Part shown: positions 13,029 to 25,941 of the stretch, one piece after another | Numbering within the stretch: position 1 is the first letter of the stretch | Layout: every line of letters starts with the position of its first letter | From: Trichodelitschia bisporula | Lineage: Eukaryota | Direction of reading: 5' to 3' | DNA length: 64,000 bases | NCBI GenBank assembly: GCA_010356995.1 | Contig: ML996689.1 | Coordinates: 886,691 to 950,690 of the forward strand | Program-made: the position numbers and the translations under genes | The notes under the pieces: generated by a model | Database searches by the model: none | Seen by the model: only the letters and a program-made list of their open reading frames with translations | What the model was told of the DNA's origin: nothing

Positions 13029-13498
13029 GACCGCCTTTGCGCGGTTGTTTGAGAAGGTGGGGTTGGTGCTGGGGAGTTGAGGCGGTGTTGCTATTCTTTG
13101 AGGTTTGTGGCCTACTGATGGGGTGTTTTGAGCGGCAAGGCTGAGGGCGGTCATAATGAACGATCGGCAGTGGAGTGGTTTCTTTAAAGCAACACTGTCG
13201 TCGAGGTCTCACATTTAACTCTATTCCAACTCTTGCATTGGCCGGTTTACACTTGTATTGATTCCGTCCAACAGTCATACTTGCAACACGTCCGCTTCCA
13301 GTAAGGCTGCGATGACGGACCCTTGTACATGAATTTCGACAGCGCTGGGGGAATGGAAGAGCCATCATCCACCGCACAATGCATCTGGAAGAAGCAAAAA
13401 TTCCCTATCGCTCCCTGCATGGCTTCGTATCCTTTTAAAAAGATGCTTGGCACCTGGGGAGCCGGTATGAGTTCAAAGAGGGAGCAAAAATGCACATT

Positions 13499-13597
13499 TT
13501 CCGATACCGGGAATCGAACCCGGGCCTACCCGGCGCTTTGTTACAGCGAGCGAACTCTGGTGAGAGCGGGTAATCCTAACCACTAGACCATATCGGA
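13499..13597 (-). tRNA. tRNA-Glu (CTC) with a ~27-nt intron
   Basis: Reverse complement TCCGATATGGTCTAGTGGTTAGGATTACCCGCT-CTC-A[intron]CCGGGTAGGCCCGGGTTCGATTCCCGGTATCGGA. Acceptor stem, A box, B box (GGTTCGATTCC), anticodon stem ACCCG/CGGGT, and a downstream T-run terminator are all present. Confidence 0.95.
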
Positions 13598-14228
13598 TGG
13601 GAGATGGGGAGTTTGGGTGGGGTAAACCTAAGATTAGTTTAAGGGGTCTGGGGGGTGGGGCGGGGATGGGGACTTGCTCCTTCCGCCAGGATGACAAGTG
13701 CTGTACGACAAGTTGGAGAAGTGCCGCGGATGTATGTTCATGTACCTTGAAGTGGAAAATGTGCTTGTGGGGAATAATCACTGCGCATCAGTTGGTTGAA
13801 GTACATTCATTCTCCGCATGCGTTCTAAGCATCGAAATCTAAATACCATCCCCAGACAATAAGGTCACGAATGAGGCTGCCGATGCTTCTCCGCCCCGGT
13901 CATTATATACCGCCTCCATCATTTCCAACGGCTTTCAGAACGCCCCGCCCCGCCCCGCCACTCCTTAGCCGTTCCATGGGTGCGAGAGAGAGGCCCGGCA
14001 GGGCACTTATTGGTCCCTATCAATTCTGTCACGTTGTTCTTCGCTCAGGATGTGGCGTGACTCGTTCTCCGTTGTGAGCTGGTCGTACGCCTTAGCAGGG
14101 AACTTCGAGTATTGGACGAACGCCGAGAGATAAGGTGGAGACCGAGCAAGGAGAAGAGGGTTGATGTTGTCGGTGGGAATTGTCGGGCTGGTAGAAAATC
14201 GAGTGAGTCAGTCAAGGAGCGCTTGGTC

Positions 14229-14546
14229 GGCTTTGAGGAAGACTTGGCCGGCTTTGGAGCGGGCTTGATCGCCTCTGGCGGAGGTGCAGTCGGCTTCGGG
14301 GCAGGCCTAGTAGGCTCCAGGACAGGTTTAAGCGCCCCTGGCGCACGACCGGTCGGCTTCGGGGCAGGCTCGGTCGGCTCCGGAGCGGGTATAATCGCCT
14401 CTAACTCAGAATTGGTCGACTCCGGAGCGGGTTTGATCGCCTCTGGCGTAGGATCGGTCGGCTTCCCGGCAGGTTGGGTCGGCTCCAGAGCAGGCTTGAT
14501 CGCCTCAGGCGCAGGATTAGTGGGCTCCGTCGCGGGCTCGATCGCC
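14229..14546. repeat. Degenerate 21-bp tandem repeat, about 15 units
   Basis: 7-aa periodicity: plus strand GFGAGLI/ASGGGAV/GFGAGLV/GSRTGLS...; minus strand ...PAPEAIK/PALEPTQ/PAGKPTD... Confidence 0.8.
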
Positions 14547-16013
14547 GTCAGGCGGCGGACCGCGAGGTGGAATATCCGGAGAGTCGTCAGGCGCAGGCAC
14601 CTTAGACCTCCTCGGCCCTGTATATAATCGTATGCGGCAGCACCGCGGCCGCAAGACGGTTGAGTATGTCGGGCTTCACGCCGAAAGCTGGAACAATTTC
14701 GCGTTGAAAACGTGAAGAAGATTGCGATGGAGACACTCCATCGTGGCCTCCTGTGGGCCTGTTATATACCCAGCGGCAGGCGATAGCTGAGTTGCCGGCG
14801 ACTCCATGGACGACGGAAGGGCACGACGCGCCTTGAGAAGCCGTCGGATCATATATATCTCGACCGCATGATCGATATACGCCAGAACGGGCATCGACCG
14901 GGCCAGGCAGTCTCCATGCGTTCCATACCAACCACGTGTAGTAGCCTTCACTCTTGTCCGGTGACCTCAATCGCACTAACTGAAATCGCAAGCTGGCGTA
15001 GTTGAGCCGCGAGGTTGCGCGCCGACTAATCATGGTGGAGACGGTTGGAAAGCTGTTGGAACAGGGAAATCTTTCATCGCCGGATTATGAAGGGTTGTAT
15101 ATACGCCGGAGCAGCACCGGAGGCGCAAGTCATGCCAATTATCCTGAAGGCGATTGGGTCGAAATGTCTAGAGGTATAATTGTCATCGCGGTGCTGTTTC
15201 CAGGAAGGACATTCTGGACCGAAGGTGATCTGAAGCTTCCAGGGCTAGAGGCTGTCAGCACACCTCCTACGTCGTCATCCGGCAGGGTGACTTACGGGGA
15301 AGGTAATATATATACCATTCTCTTCTGTGGCTTCGCACGCCTAACACAAGCTCCCGTTTTGGCGACGCATGCGATATCGAAAGCCACCGACTTAACAAGC
15401 GACGTCATGCCGGTGATTGGATGACCGGCAAAATGAGCGGCGCGCTCGGTCTCTAGGTCGCGGCGGAAAAGGATTGCTTCGAGGTCCCTAAGTGCTTGCC
15501 CCAAATGAGGTTCCACCAGCTCATGCTCATCTGCAGTGGGATAAAACGTCTCGTCATTCTCCGGGCCCTCAATGTTGCGCTAAATGACGTATAGATGGCT
15601 ACCGGTGGCCCGGCGGGAGGGGCCGAGCCACCGGACAGTCAAACGGTGGTGGTGAGAATGCTAGCGAGAATTGTTTGTACCGGTTCAGGTATTCCAGAGG
15701 GCGCTGTATATACGCCGCCACCTTTGGCTTGTGGATGGCGGCAAACTTCTCGACCAAGCGAAGACAGCCACGGTAAAAAAGCCTGTTGCTCTTAAAATAT
15801 TTTGCTGCTCAAGTCTCTCAAGATAGCGCGAAGTAGCCTGGAAAGGTGGGACCTGGCCTGGCTTGAGTGCAGCAGGAGAAGTACCCGTGGCCGTCCTCTC
15901 CGGCTGGAATCGTTGCTCTGAGAAACTCCATCCATTCTTGAACGTTGTAGAGTTTGAAATAAACTTCTTCCCCCAAATCGAGCAAGGAGTTGACTTTGGC
16001 TTGACTATCAATA

Positions 16014-16126
16014 CCGGAGCCTAGTCGCCGGCAGGCACCGGAGCCTGGTAACCCGCAGGTACTGGAATCCGGTCGTTGGCAGGCACTGCAGCCTGTTCGC
16101 CGGCAGGCACTGGAACCTGTTCGTTC
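16014..16126. repeat. 24-bp tandem repeat, about 4.7 units
   Basis: ccggagcctagtcgccggcaggca / ccggagcctggtaacccgcaggta / ctggaatccggtcgttggcaggca / ctgcagcctgttcgccggcaggca. Confidence 0.85.
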
Positions 16127-16204
16127 GACAGGGTTGGTTTTTGATTGTACGAATCGATGATAGATGGCGTAGGTGATAGGTGGCAGGCTGTGTGGTTGTT
16201 GGAG

Positions 16205-16252
16205 GTTGAAGGTTGGACGTTGGACGTTGGATTTTGGATTTTGGACTTTGAA
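16205..16252. repeat. 7-bp minisatellite (TTGGACG/TTGGATT variants)
   Basis: ggttgaaggttggacgttggacgttggattttggattttggactttgaag. Confidence 0.75.
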
Positions 16253-18179
16253 GTGCGCCGATGCTCGCCGCTTGACATATGATTTAGAACTCAACTGCTG
16301 GAAGGTGCGAGACGAGACCCCGCAGCCCAAGGCCGGCGAGGGCACTATGTGCTAGCTTTATACTAGCTAGACGCTCTGTAATAGATGTAAGCATTGGGTC
16401 GTGAGTAATAGTGCGACTTACATACTTACAGTTGTAGAGAACTTCGAAGGTCAGCTAGAACTTCAGATTCTCAATCTCCGTCGCACGTTGCCCGTGGGGA
16501 GTGTCCGGGGAATCCTCAAGCCGGGGGAATTGTTTGGTGCCGGGGGGTGACATGCAGAACTTTCGCTGAAGCTCAAAAATAGCAACATGATGATGGTTCG
16601 AAATCGAAGGATCAGAACATTGTCGTTTGTGGGGTTGTGGCTTACGAACATCACGCTGGCGGGTATGCTTATGGGCTGGCAGCTGGCAGTCGTCGAAGAC
16701 GGATGAGCTCTTACGCATACCGAGCACCACATTGGCGGCCACTGGACAGATGCACACTCAGAAGAATGCTTAGCGGACCAAAGGAAGATTCCCTCATACT
16801 CTCGAGCCACCGAAGAGGTCAAGTCATATGCGAAGCAGTCGTCCTATGAGGGTTGTAGCCACCTTGCTTACGCGTTCGATCGATGTATGATATGGCTGTG
16901 GGTAAGCCATACATGAGAGTCATATATGGACCTGTACAAGTACGCCAGGAGTGACTATCGTGCGAACATACGTTCTACTGCAATGCCCTGTGCTGCTCAC
17001 ATTGTGGGGATTGCAGATTTTCGGGTTCGCAGAAGCTTTGGTGAGCGGAGTTGAGAGCGGATTTGAAGCGGTTATATATTGATTGATGAAGTTGATGGTT
17101 CCTGATTGCTGTTGAGAATGGGTGTTGGTGGGTGTTGTTGATGGTTGATATTGGTGGTTGCTTCTGGTGGTTGTCGTTGTGTGTGGGTGTGTGAAGAAAG
17201 AAAATGGAAGTGAAAGTATGGGCGTTTGTCAGTGACTCCATGCCCCTCTCTTCGAAGGCTGCCAAGGATCGATAGGGCTAACCGAGTGATAAGATGCTTC
17301 GAAGGTAAAGTGGCAGGTGCGACCGCCAGCTGTCATAGGAGCAACGGGAATTCGGAGCGCTCGGGGGATCTGATTACCTAGGAAAAGTCACAGGCTTTCC
17401 GGCTGGGTGTTGAGCTCCGAACAGCCAAGCAGTCGAGAAACGAGTAACAGCATACGCCGGTTACGCTGTGATACATGTGCTAACCTGCCGAACAGGCTCT
17501 TCGATGCTATCGAACACTGGATGGAATCCGACACTGGCGTCACGCTCGTTTGACATGTGTGATCTGGACCTGCAGTACGGGCACACGATCACCTAGAGCT
17601 TCAGAAAGACAACCCGCGGTGATGACCTAACTCATCCTTTCAAGATAGTACTTGTCAGAGTCTTCCCTCTTTCAAGCTTGAAGACGAGGCAAGGCCGCCC
17701 TTGGCATTAGGCTGAGAGATCTCCGGTCCGCATTCGTCCCATTGCACAATCGGTGTACTCTCGCGGGCGACGAAGACGGGAAAAGAAATCGCGAGTCAAA
17801 TACCATCCCGAGCGTCCTTTTTCGAATATTTGAAGGCCGTCCCGCATCTGTTTATGACAAGTTGAGGTGATCAACGTGACGTCAGTGGAAGTATCTCGAG
17901 ATGTAGTGTCACATCGGATCCACAGTTCATCCGATCCGCGACAAACGACCTCTCATCGACAAGGACCTTGGTGCTCGCAAACCGCCCGCCATCATGTTGC
18001 CATGTAGCCTCACGAAATCAATACCAGTACTTTTAGCGATGACCATGATATCTCAACACATTCCCTTTCACCCTTTATCGCCGTTGTGACCGCGTCTTTC
18101 CTTCGCGACTCCACCCACCCCTCAAGCATCGCGTCCTCCATCGCACTTCACCAAACCACCTTCACTCATTTCTATCACG

Positions 18180-18939
18180 ATGTCACCCTCCACCCCCCTC
18201 TCCGCCCACCGCATCCCGACCCTCCCCGAAAGCATGTACTACATCCCCAACTTCATCTCCTCCGCCGAAGAATCCGCGCTCCTGGACAAAGTCCGTCCTC
18301 CCCCTTTCCCAACCCCCCCCCCCCCCATCTCTCCCTCCTAACCCCCAACAGATTCCCCCAAACCGCTGGACCCCCCTCGCTCACCGGCGTCTCCAAGCCC
18401 ACCCCACATCCCTCCACCAGGGGCATACCCTCCTCCCCGCCCCCCTCCCCCCCTTCCTCACCCCCCCCCTATCCCACTTCACCCTCCTCTCCCTCTTCGC
18501 CCAAACCCCGCATCAGGCACCAAACCACTGTCTCATAAACGAGTACCTCCCGGGGCAGGGCATAATGCCGCACGAAGACGGGCCGGCGTACGCGCCGCTC
18601 GTGGCTACGATTTCGCTCGGGTCCGCGCTCGTGCTGGATGTGTATGACAAAACGGAGGAAGGGGGGAGGGGGGAGAGGCTGGGGCGCGTGTTGTGTGAGC
18701 GGGGAAGTTTGTTGGTTACGGAGGGGGAAGCGTATACGGCGACGTTGCATGGGATTGAGGGGTGTAAGGTGGATGGGGATTTGGGGCCGGGCACGGTGGC
18801 GAATTGGGAGCTTTTGGGTGATCCGGAAGCCTTCCCTGATGGGAAGAATGAGAGAGAGCGGAGGGTCAGCCTCACATACCGTGACGTTCTGCGAGTAGCG
18901 AAGATCGGAGCTGGGATTTTGGGTGTGGGAAGACGGTGA
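18180..18939 (+). CDS. ALKBH6: AlkB-family Fe(II)/2-oxoglutarate dioxygenase, ALKBH6-like (exons 18180-18290, 18352-18939)
   Basis: YYIPNFIS..EE N-terminus, RRLQ, NHCLINEYLPGQGIMPHEDGP (HxD), LHGI, RVSLTYR. Intron 18291-18351 (GTCCGT...CTAAC...CAG). Confidence 0.88.
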
Positions 18940-19031
18940 CCGGATCACCAACATCAATAGCCAGGAACGAAAGCAGGTCTATTCTACCCATAAGGACCCC
19001 AACGCCATGCATGCCCGCTCGTGACGAAACG

Positions 19032-20916
19032 CTACAAGCCATATAAGAACGTCAACCGCTCATCCCCCCTCCTCCCCTCCCCCTCCCCCAAATAACCCCC
19101 CACCCTTCGCGCCCACCCCTCCCCAGCAACCGCCCTCACAAACCTGACCACACTCCCCACCGGGCCCGCCTCACTCGGCCCCCTTCCAAGCCTTTGCTCA
19201 GCCTCAACCTCCGCCCCGCCCCACCGCGCAACAACCGCCTTCCTCTCCCGATTCTCCCTAGCGATCAGCACCCCAAACCCCGCATACCCGGCAAACGCCA
19301 CCCCCACCAGACCCAACGTGACAAAGAACGGAACCTCATACGTCGGCCCGTACTTAGGCCGGAAGAGCAGCGCACTGAAAACACCAGCCAAATTCCCCCA
19401 CCCGTTAACACCGAGCACAACCGCGCGCTTCCCCGTCTCAGGCACATTCCCCGCGAACCACGCAATCGTCAGCGGAGACGCGATGAACGTCCCGCCCAAG
19501 AGGACGCACAGCGCGACATACCGCGCCCACATCCACGCCGCCGGAAAAACCACAACCCCTACCAAACCCACCAACAAAAGCCCCAGTCCCCACAGTATCG
19601 GCATAATACGCTTCCGCACCTTGTCCGACCAATACGTAAACGCATATAATATCCCCGCACCACAAAGAAACGGCGGCGCGGTGAGGAGATTCACGTGCGC
19701 CGGCGAACTCGTCAATTGCCGCAACACCAGCGGGAGGAAGACGCTGAACGCGGTTGCCGGGACCGCGGAGAGGATGTTGCAGAAGAGCAGATACCAGAGT
19801 TTCCAGTCCAGCAAAGCGGAGAATACGTCGCCCCGGCTTAGGCCGCGGTCGTCGGTTACGGGCTTGCCGCCCGGCGGCGCGGCGGCGGCGGTTGGGGTAG
19901 AGGGGCCAGCGAGCAAGCCCGCTGTTTCCTCCTCGCGCTCCTCGCCCGCGTCATCCCCTTTCCGCGGCAGCCCCGCGCTCTCATCCAACTGACGATCCCT
20001 CGCAATCCTCTCCTCCGCCCACCCCCGCTGCTCCGGTGTCAAAAACCACGCTGTGCGCGCATTATGCGGCAACCAGACAAACCCCACCAGCGCCAAGACA
20101 ACCGTAACCCCCCCCTCCAGCGCAAACAGCACCTGCCACGGGCGCCAGGCCGTCGTTGGTATATCCGCCCCCGTCGGGAAATGCGTAAACACACCCGCAG
20201 CAAGCAGACCCCCCATCGCCCCAGCAACAGCATACTGCCCATAGAACAGCCCAAGCCTCCGCGCGAACTCGAAGCGCGTGTAGAAGAGGGACAGGTACGA
20301 GACGGTGACGGGGTAGAAGCCCGCTTCGAGGGTGCCGATGACCATGCGCAGGAGGATGAGTTGCCATTTCGTGCGCACCCAGATGTGCAGCGCGGTGCAT
20401 AGGCCCCAGAGGGCCATGCAGCTGGGGACCCAGACCGCCATGCCGTATTTGCGTCCCAGCGCTGCGCCGACGGGCTGGAGCGTGACGAAGAAGGCGAAGA
20501 AGACGGCGACTGCGTCGTTGAGATCCGAGGGCTGCAGCCCGACGTCTTTGGTGAAGTCGGCGGTTTCAGCATTCCCGATCTGCGCCCGTCAGCCTCCATT
20601 CTCCAGAATACTCCACGTAGAAGCGGTAACCCACATTCGACCGATCCAACGAATTAAACAAAAACAGCAGCGCCAGAAACGGGAGCAGCACGGTGTCGAG
20701 CTTGCGCACCGTCGCTCTATCCAGCCGCTCCATCCGCTCGGCGTCCGCGTCTAGCGGGCCTGCCTCGAGCGTCGCGTAGTCCCTCATCTCTGCTTCATTG
20801 GCCTCGTCGTCAAGGCTGTGGTCGCGTCTATCGTTGTAGACACGCTCGTCGTGACCTCCGTCGTAGTCGTCGCGCTCCAGACTGGCGGTCAGGCGCCGCA
20901 GCTCCACTGGCCCCAT
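19032..20916 (-). CDS. MFS transporter, anion:cation symporter / Dal5-Tna1 type (exons 20916-20635, 20579-19032)
   Basis: VRKLD..LLPFLALLFLFNSLDRSN|IGNA signature restored by intron 20580-20634. EAGFYP and WQVLFALEG motifs, about 12 hydrophobic segments. Confidence 0.92.
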
Positions 20917-21786
20917 TCCGCAGCAGCCAAGGCACAGGTGGCACGAGAGAGTGGGGTGGGTCGGTCACACGGGGAGGAGCGGCATGCCGGTCGCTAAGCA
21001 ACAGGAACTAGTGGCCAGGAGGGAGGGTATCGGGATACCGAAGAGTGGATTCGGAGGACACGATGTAAGAAAAGGGTAATGTGGTACGCCTTGCGGAGGT
21101 GCGAGGTTCGATGGAGCTCGTGTTCTTGGGGGCCCCCGGGGTGAGCTCCTGCGCCACGTAGCCAATCACGGCGGTGGGCGGCGCCGGGGAAACATGAGTC
21201 TGAGAGGTTGAGGCTGAATTGAGTCCGAGGATTGATATACGTCATCTCTTGCGGATATCTAGTGCCATTTCGCTCCATATAGACTCGGTTCTAACTCACG
21301 GGTTACAGTAGGCTAGTTGTGCTCTAGGGCCTGATAGCGTGGAGCTTCAGCCTTAACAGCGACAACATCGCGCCCTCCAAGAACTGCGGGACGCAACCGC
21401 ACGCTGTACGACACGACTTCAATCTCAATCCGTTGCCCGTTGCCCATTGTAAGTATCATACACCCACCAAGCTCCTCCTGCCCTTACTCCCTCGTAAACC
21501 ACCACTACACATGGGTCATCAGGGCCCAATCGTCTCCAGACGCAAAGCCAAAAAGCAGTACCCCAAACCAGGCATCGTTTCGTATCGTCTCGCACCCATT
21601 AGACCCAAATCAAGAAAAACAGCACTCTTAAAACCACAATCCGCAATGCCATGCATCAAGCCCCGCTCCGTTTTAAACCGTCGTCGTATTTCAACCCTCA
21701 ATCAAAGTGTGCATACTGTTTTGCCCATCTGGTTCATGTGCGCATCATTGCCGATCGGAAGACCCATTCATCATCCCAGCCCACGC

Positions 21787-24048
21787 CTAAGTCCCCCTAC
21801 CCGGCTTCCGCCCCTTCAAACTCTTAACCCGATTCATGAACCCTCCACCAGTCTTCTCCTCACTCCCAACCGTCCCAGCCCTCTCCCGCGTCGGCACTCC
21901 CCTCGGCGAGCTCGGCGCACGCGGGTGACCACTCTTCTCTGCCGGCACCTGCCTCTCCTGAATCGCCGCCGTCTTCCGCTCATACGCCTCATCATACGCG
22001 CGGTCAAACGGATTCCCCTCATTCTCCTTCCTCAGCCTTGGCATACCCCCCGCGCTCTCCGCCTTGGGCGGCGGCGGCGGCGGCGGCGGCGGGCTCCCAG
22101 GCGGGCTCGTGAACCCCGGCTTATCGGTAAGCGTGTACCCGTTCTCTCCACGGTCGGTCCGCTCGGTGCGCTCGGCCCGACGCTCAGCGTAGCGCTCGGC
22201 GTAGCGTTCGCCTGGAGAACGAATGCGGCCGGGGGGCATGGGCTCGCCTTCGCGCTTGCTGATGCCGCGGATACGCTGGGCGAGGGACTTCTTGCGGGCC
22301 AGGCCTGCGGCGCCCTGCTCGCTCTCGCTCTGGCGACGCTGGAGGGCGGAGCGCGAGGCCGGGGTGCCTTCGAGGAAGGTGCTCGTGCCGAGACCAATGG
22401 ATGCTTCGCCATGAACTGGTTCAACGCGCGCAAGTGGATCGAAGGAGATGGCGCGCTCCGCACTGGGGCGCTTGATCCCGTCGGTGCCGGCGGTGCTGTA
22501 GTCTGAGAAGCCCTCTTGACCCAGGCCGTAGAAGCGCTCCAGATCGATACCTTTGTTCACCGGGCCGGAGCCGCCAATCATGTTGTTCGCCGAGTTTGCG
22601 GGGAAGGCACGCATCGGGGCGCGATTGTCCTTTTTGCGGTTACGATGCGGGTTCACGGCGTCAAACGGTCCATCGTGGTGGAAAACTGCGAACGTTAGCT
22701 GCGCACTTCTACTGCAGAGAATGACATACGTCCGGCACCGTAGATGCCTGTCTGGTCAAGTTGGTCGATCAGGTCCATGCCACGCGGCTTGCGCTTCGGT
22801 TGACGGCCTTTCGACGGGTCTTTCGACGGATCCTTCCCGATGAGCGTCGCGTTGCTGTCGGGGCGCTTGCCGTCACGCGTACGCTGGTCGCGACGCTCGC
22901 GCCGGCGCCCCGTCTCCTCTGACTTTTCCGTAATGGCGATAGACGACTCAGAGGCACGCCGACCCGGACGCGGACCGACAGGTTTGCGCTCGCGCTCGGG
23001 GCTGGCGAAGATGTCGAGAGTGTCTTGCTGCGGCCGAGCAGGCGGAGGCATGGTGGAGGAGGGGGTCGTGCCACGGGGCTGCGGAGATGGTTGGGGATCT
23101 GTGGGTGTCAGAACAAAATTCGCATCGCGGGCAACGGGCCACGTACTCGGAGTGCTCTTGAGGGTCAAACGGTCCTGCAGCGCGGGGTAGTTAGCAAAGA
23201 GCTTGACGAATTTGCGAAAGTGGTCGCGCGATTGCTGCGGCGGCTTCTGCGGCGACGACTCGACGGGAGCCATGGTTGGTGACACCACAGAGACACAGCA
23301 GCAGATTGCGCATGCAAGGGAAGAAAGAACTCACAAACAGCTCTTTGGCCTCATTATCAATGGCCGGCTGCGGGCCAGCTGACGACATCCTGGGATCCGA
23401 CACGGGGGATTCGACGCGTGGCGCCTGACTCTGCGACTGTGCTGCGAGGGCCGCCTCAACCTCAAAAGCGGCAAGGAAGGGGTTGGTGCTCACGGGGCGA
23501 ATGCCGGCGCTGTTTGGTGCGCTGTGCGGCAGCTGAAGGCCACCGGGTGACGGGAGGAGACCCGGCGACGGGTATGCAGGAGATGTAGGGCGGGCAGAGG
23601 AGGCGCTGCGGAACGGATTGTTGTTGGCAGACGGAGCCGATGGGGACGGGAGGTTCAGCGTCAGGCTAGAGGCTGAGGGCCGGCGGTCTGGAGCGATGCG
23701 ACGGGTCTTATCAGTATTCTTGGACTTGGACAGTTGGCAGTTCAATTGGCAAATGGGTAACTAGTTAGTAGTAAGGGGTGGCTGTGGGAGGACGATGCAT
23801 GCAGCAGCGAAACCAAGTTTTTTTTTGGGGGGGTGGATGGTGAATGTGGTGGAGGAGGGGATGCGATTGGGGAAGATCAAGCGGGTGTGGCGGCGCGAGA
23901 CGGGAAGAGGCAGACTTGGATGATGAAGGGGGGGAGGGGGGGGGTAGATCTGTGAGATACTGATAAAAGAGAGGCAGGAGAGGTGCATGAGTAGTAGAGC
24001 AAGTGTGAAACTGTGAAACGTACCAGGAAAGGGGACGTCGAGCGACAT
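21787..24048 (-). CDS. PAL1: Pal1 cell-morphology/endocytic protein (multi-exon, 5' end uncertain)
   Basis: DLIDQLDQTGIYGAG|LFHHDGPFDAVNPHRN...APMRAFP and EPVHGEASIGLGTSTFLEGTPA motifs, NPF motifs. Introns 22686-22729 and 23099-23146, donor at 23334. The ATG at 24048 is tentative. Confidence 0.85.
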
Positions 24049-25941
24049 GTTCGCAGTAGTAGCAGTGATGTACGTAGCTACGTAGATGACGACGAGCACT
24101 GCCTACTTTTTTGCCTGCGTATACTCCGAATACCTGGGAATAGCCAGGAGCTGGGGAATAGCGGGGGTAGGGGGTTGATTCCCTAACCGCAAACTGGGAG
24201 ATGTATGGAACCTGATTGCGCGTATCGTGGAGGCTGGTGCAGCTTCCTTTGGTGAGAGTTTTAGGAGGGGGTTAGTTGTTGGTTGGAGGGGTTGGAAGGG
24301 GGTGGGCAGTAGGAAGAGGCGTGGTGCTGGTCGGAGCGAGAAAGCGTAGATCCCTGACACCGGGGTGATGGGCGTTTGGCAAGCGATAAGGTTTTTTTTT
24401 GGGGTTTGGGCGCTTTGAGAAAATCGTGCGACGTGCAAACCGTGATTGGAAGCGTTTCTGCGACTTCGCCAACGCAGGACAGAAGTTCTTTGGGGGGAGG
24501 GGGGGTGCTAATGGCTGCTAAACCTGCGACTGTCGATGCAGGTTGATCGCTGTTCGATGGGAGCGGGGGGTGGTGGCGGGAAACGTGGTGTGTGTGGATG
24601 GATTGGGTGGAGGGTGGATGTTTGGGTTGCGGAGTGAAGGAGACGACGGGGAGAGTGAAGAAGTGGACGACTCCCGGGAGATGATAAAGGAAGAGGAAGA
24701 GAGAGGAATTGAGGTTAGGGCGGAGGAGGGAGGGGGGGAGAATGGAGCGGGGCGGAGAGAGGGCGATGGCGGAGCGGCGGAGAAGAAGGGGAGGAGTTAG
24801 CAGATGCCGATGGAAGAGATGCCACGCGCTAATGCTGATGCCGTTCAGACCGAGAGCAGATGGAGGAGAGACGTGGGAGATGAAAGGCGAAGATGAGAGG
24901 AGCAGACTCCGGGAGATAAAGAGATGAGTGATGCTGATTGAGATGGCCCTAAGATTGTATGGGATGTGGTTGAGAGAAGCGGATGAAGGAGAGGAAAGGA
25001 AAGGAAAGGAAAGAAGCGACAACAAAAGACAAGAAAGAGGTCGAAAGAGACCCGCCCGCGACGTTGAACAGGACCGAAGACTCGCTTCACCCACTCTTCT
25101 TCCACTTGTTTTGCTCTCTCCTCCTTCCTCCCTTTCTTTCGCTTTCTCTTTCTTCCTCTGATCTCGCTTCGCCGGACGTCTCTACCATCTTCCCTTCTCT
25201 CCGTTCTGTTGTTGTCGCTTCTTCTTCAGTCGGATCACTCTCCGCTACCGGTGCCGCTGCTCTCACAGCAGTACCATCATCCTCTCTTCACCTCACTGGA
25301 TCCGCTCAGCCAGGAGAACTTCAGTTCATCACGAGAACATCTAATTGATAGTGCATGCATACGCCTAGCCGACCTTACAGCTGTGCAAATTAAGGCATCA
25401 CAGTCTCCACACGCGCGCAATTCCAGAAGTCAACAGATGCAGCAGCCCCTCCACACGCTCTCCACCACACCCCCTCCCAGCGCCAAATTGCGGGGTGTCA
25501 CGCCCATGACGAAGTGAAATTTCTCGGCATGCGGCTTCTGATCTTGACCTGGCCTTTTATGTCCACACCAGCCCAGTTGCATTGATGCATCGAAATAGCC
25601 AGCCAAACAAAAGGGTGCAAAGAAAGGCTCTTAGCTAGCAGAAAGAATAGAACTCCAGCCAACAGAAGAGGACCAAAGGCAGTAGCTGAAGAAAAGAGAG
25701 GCCCAAAGACCCTGCAGCAAGCGGAGAAGGCAGAGCCAAACAAAAAGCCCCCCAAAGTCCATCGCCCGGGCCATCCCAGTCGTCCAGTCCCAGTCGTTCT
25801 CTGCACTCCCACACCCGCCGATCTTGTCCAGCCCTGGCGTTCTCCACACCATCTGACGACACATCCAACAACACCGACAGGAACCGAAACAACATCAACA
25901 AACCGCATTCTCCATTCCGAATCCGTGACATTCCCATCGCC

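Larger units (their letters stand above)
14040..16130 (-). pseudogene. Probable decayed gene with Pro-rich repeats at both ends
   Basis: Successive minus-strand ORF pieces (15818-16345, 15292-15516, 14602-15033 and a PAPEPT-rich frame at about 14230-14550) read like protein but are broken by stops and frame changes. Confidence 0.45.

Noticed and set aside
6229..20916. Secondary-metabolite cluster (TF + dioxygenase + MFS)
   Set aside because: There is no PKS, NRPS, terpene or RiPP backbone gene, and the dioxygenase looks like the housekeeping ALKBH6 type.
21433..22506. 357-aa plus-strand ORF
   Set aside because: It is antisense to the well-supported Pal1 last exon.
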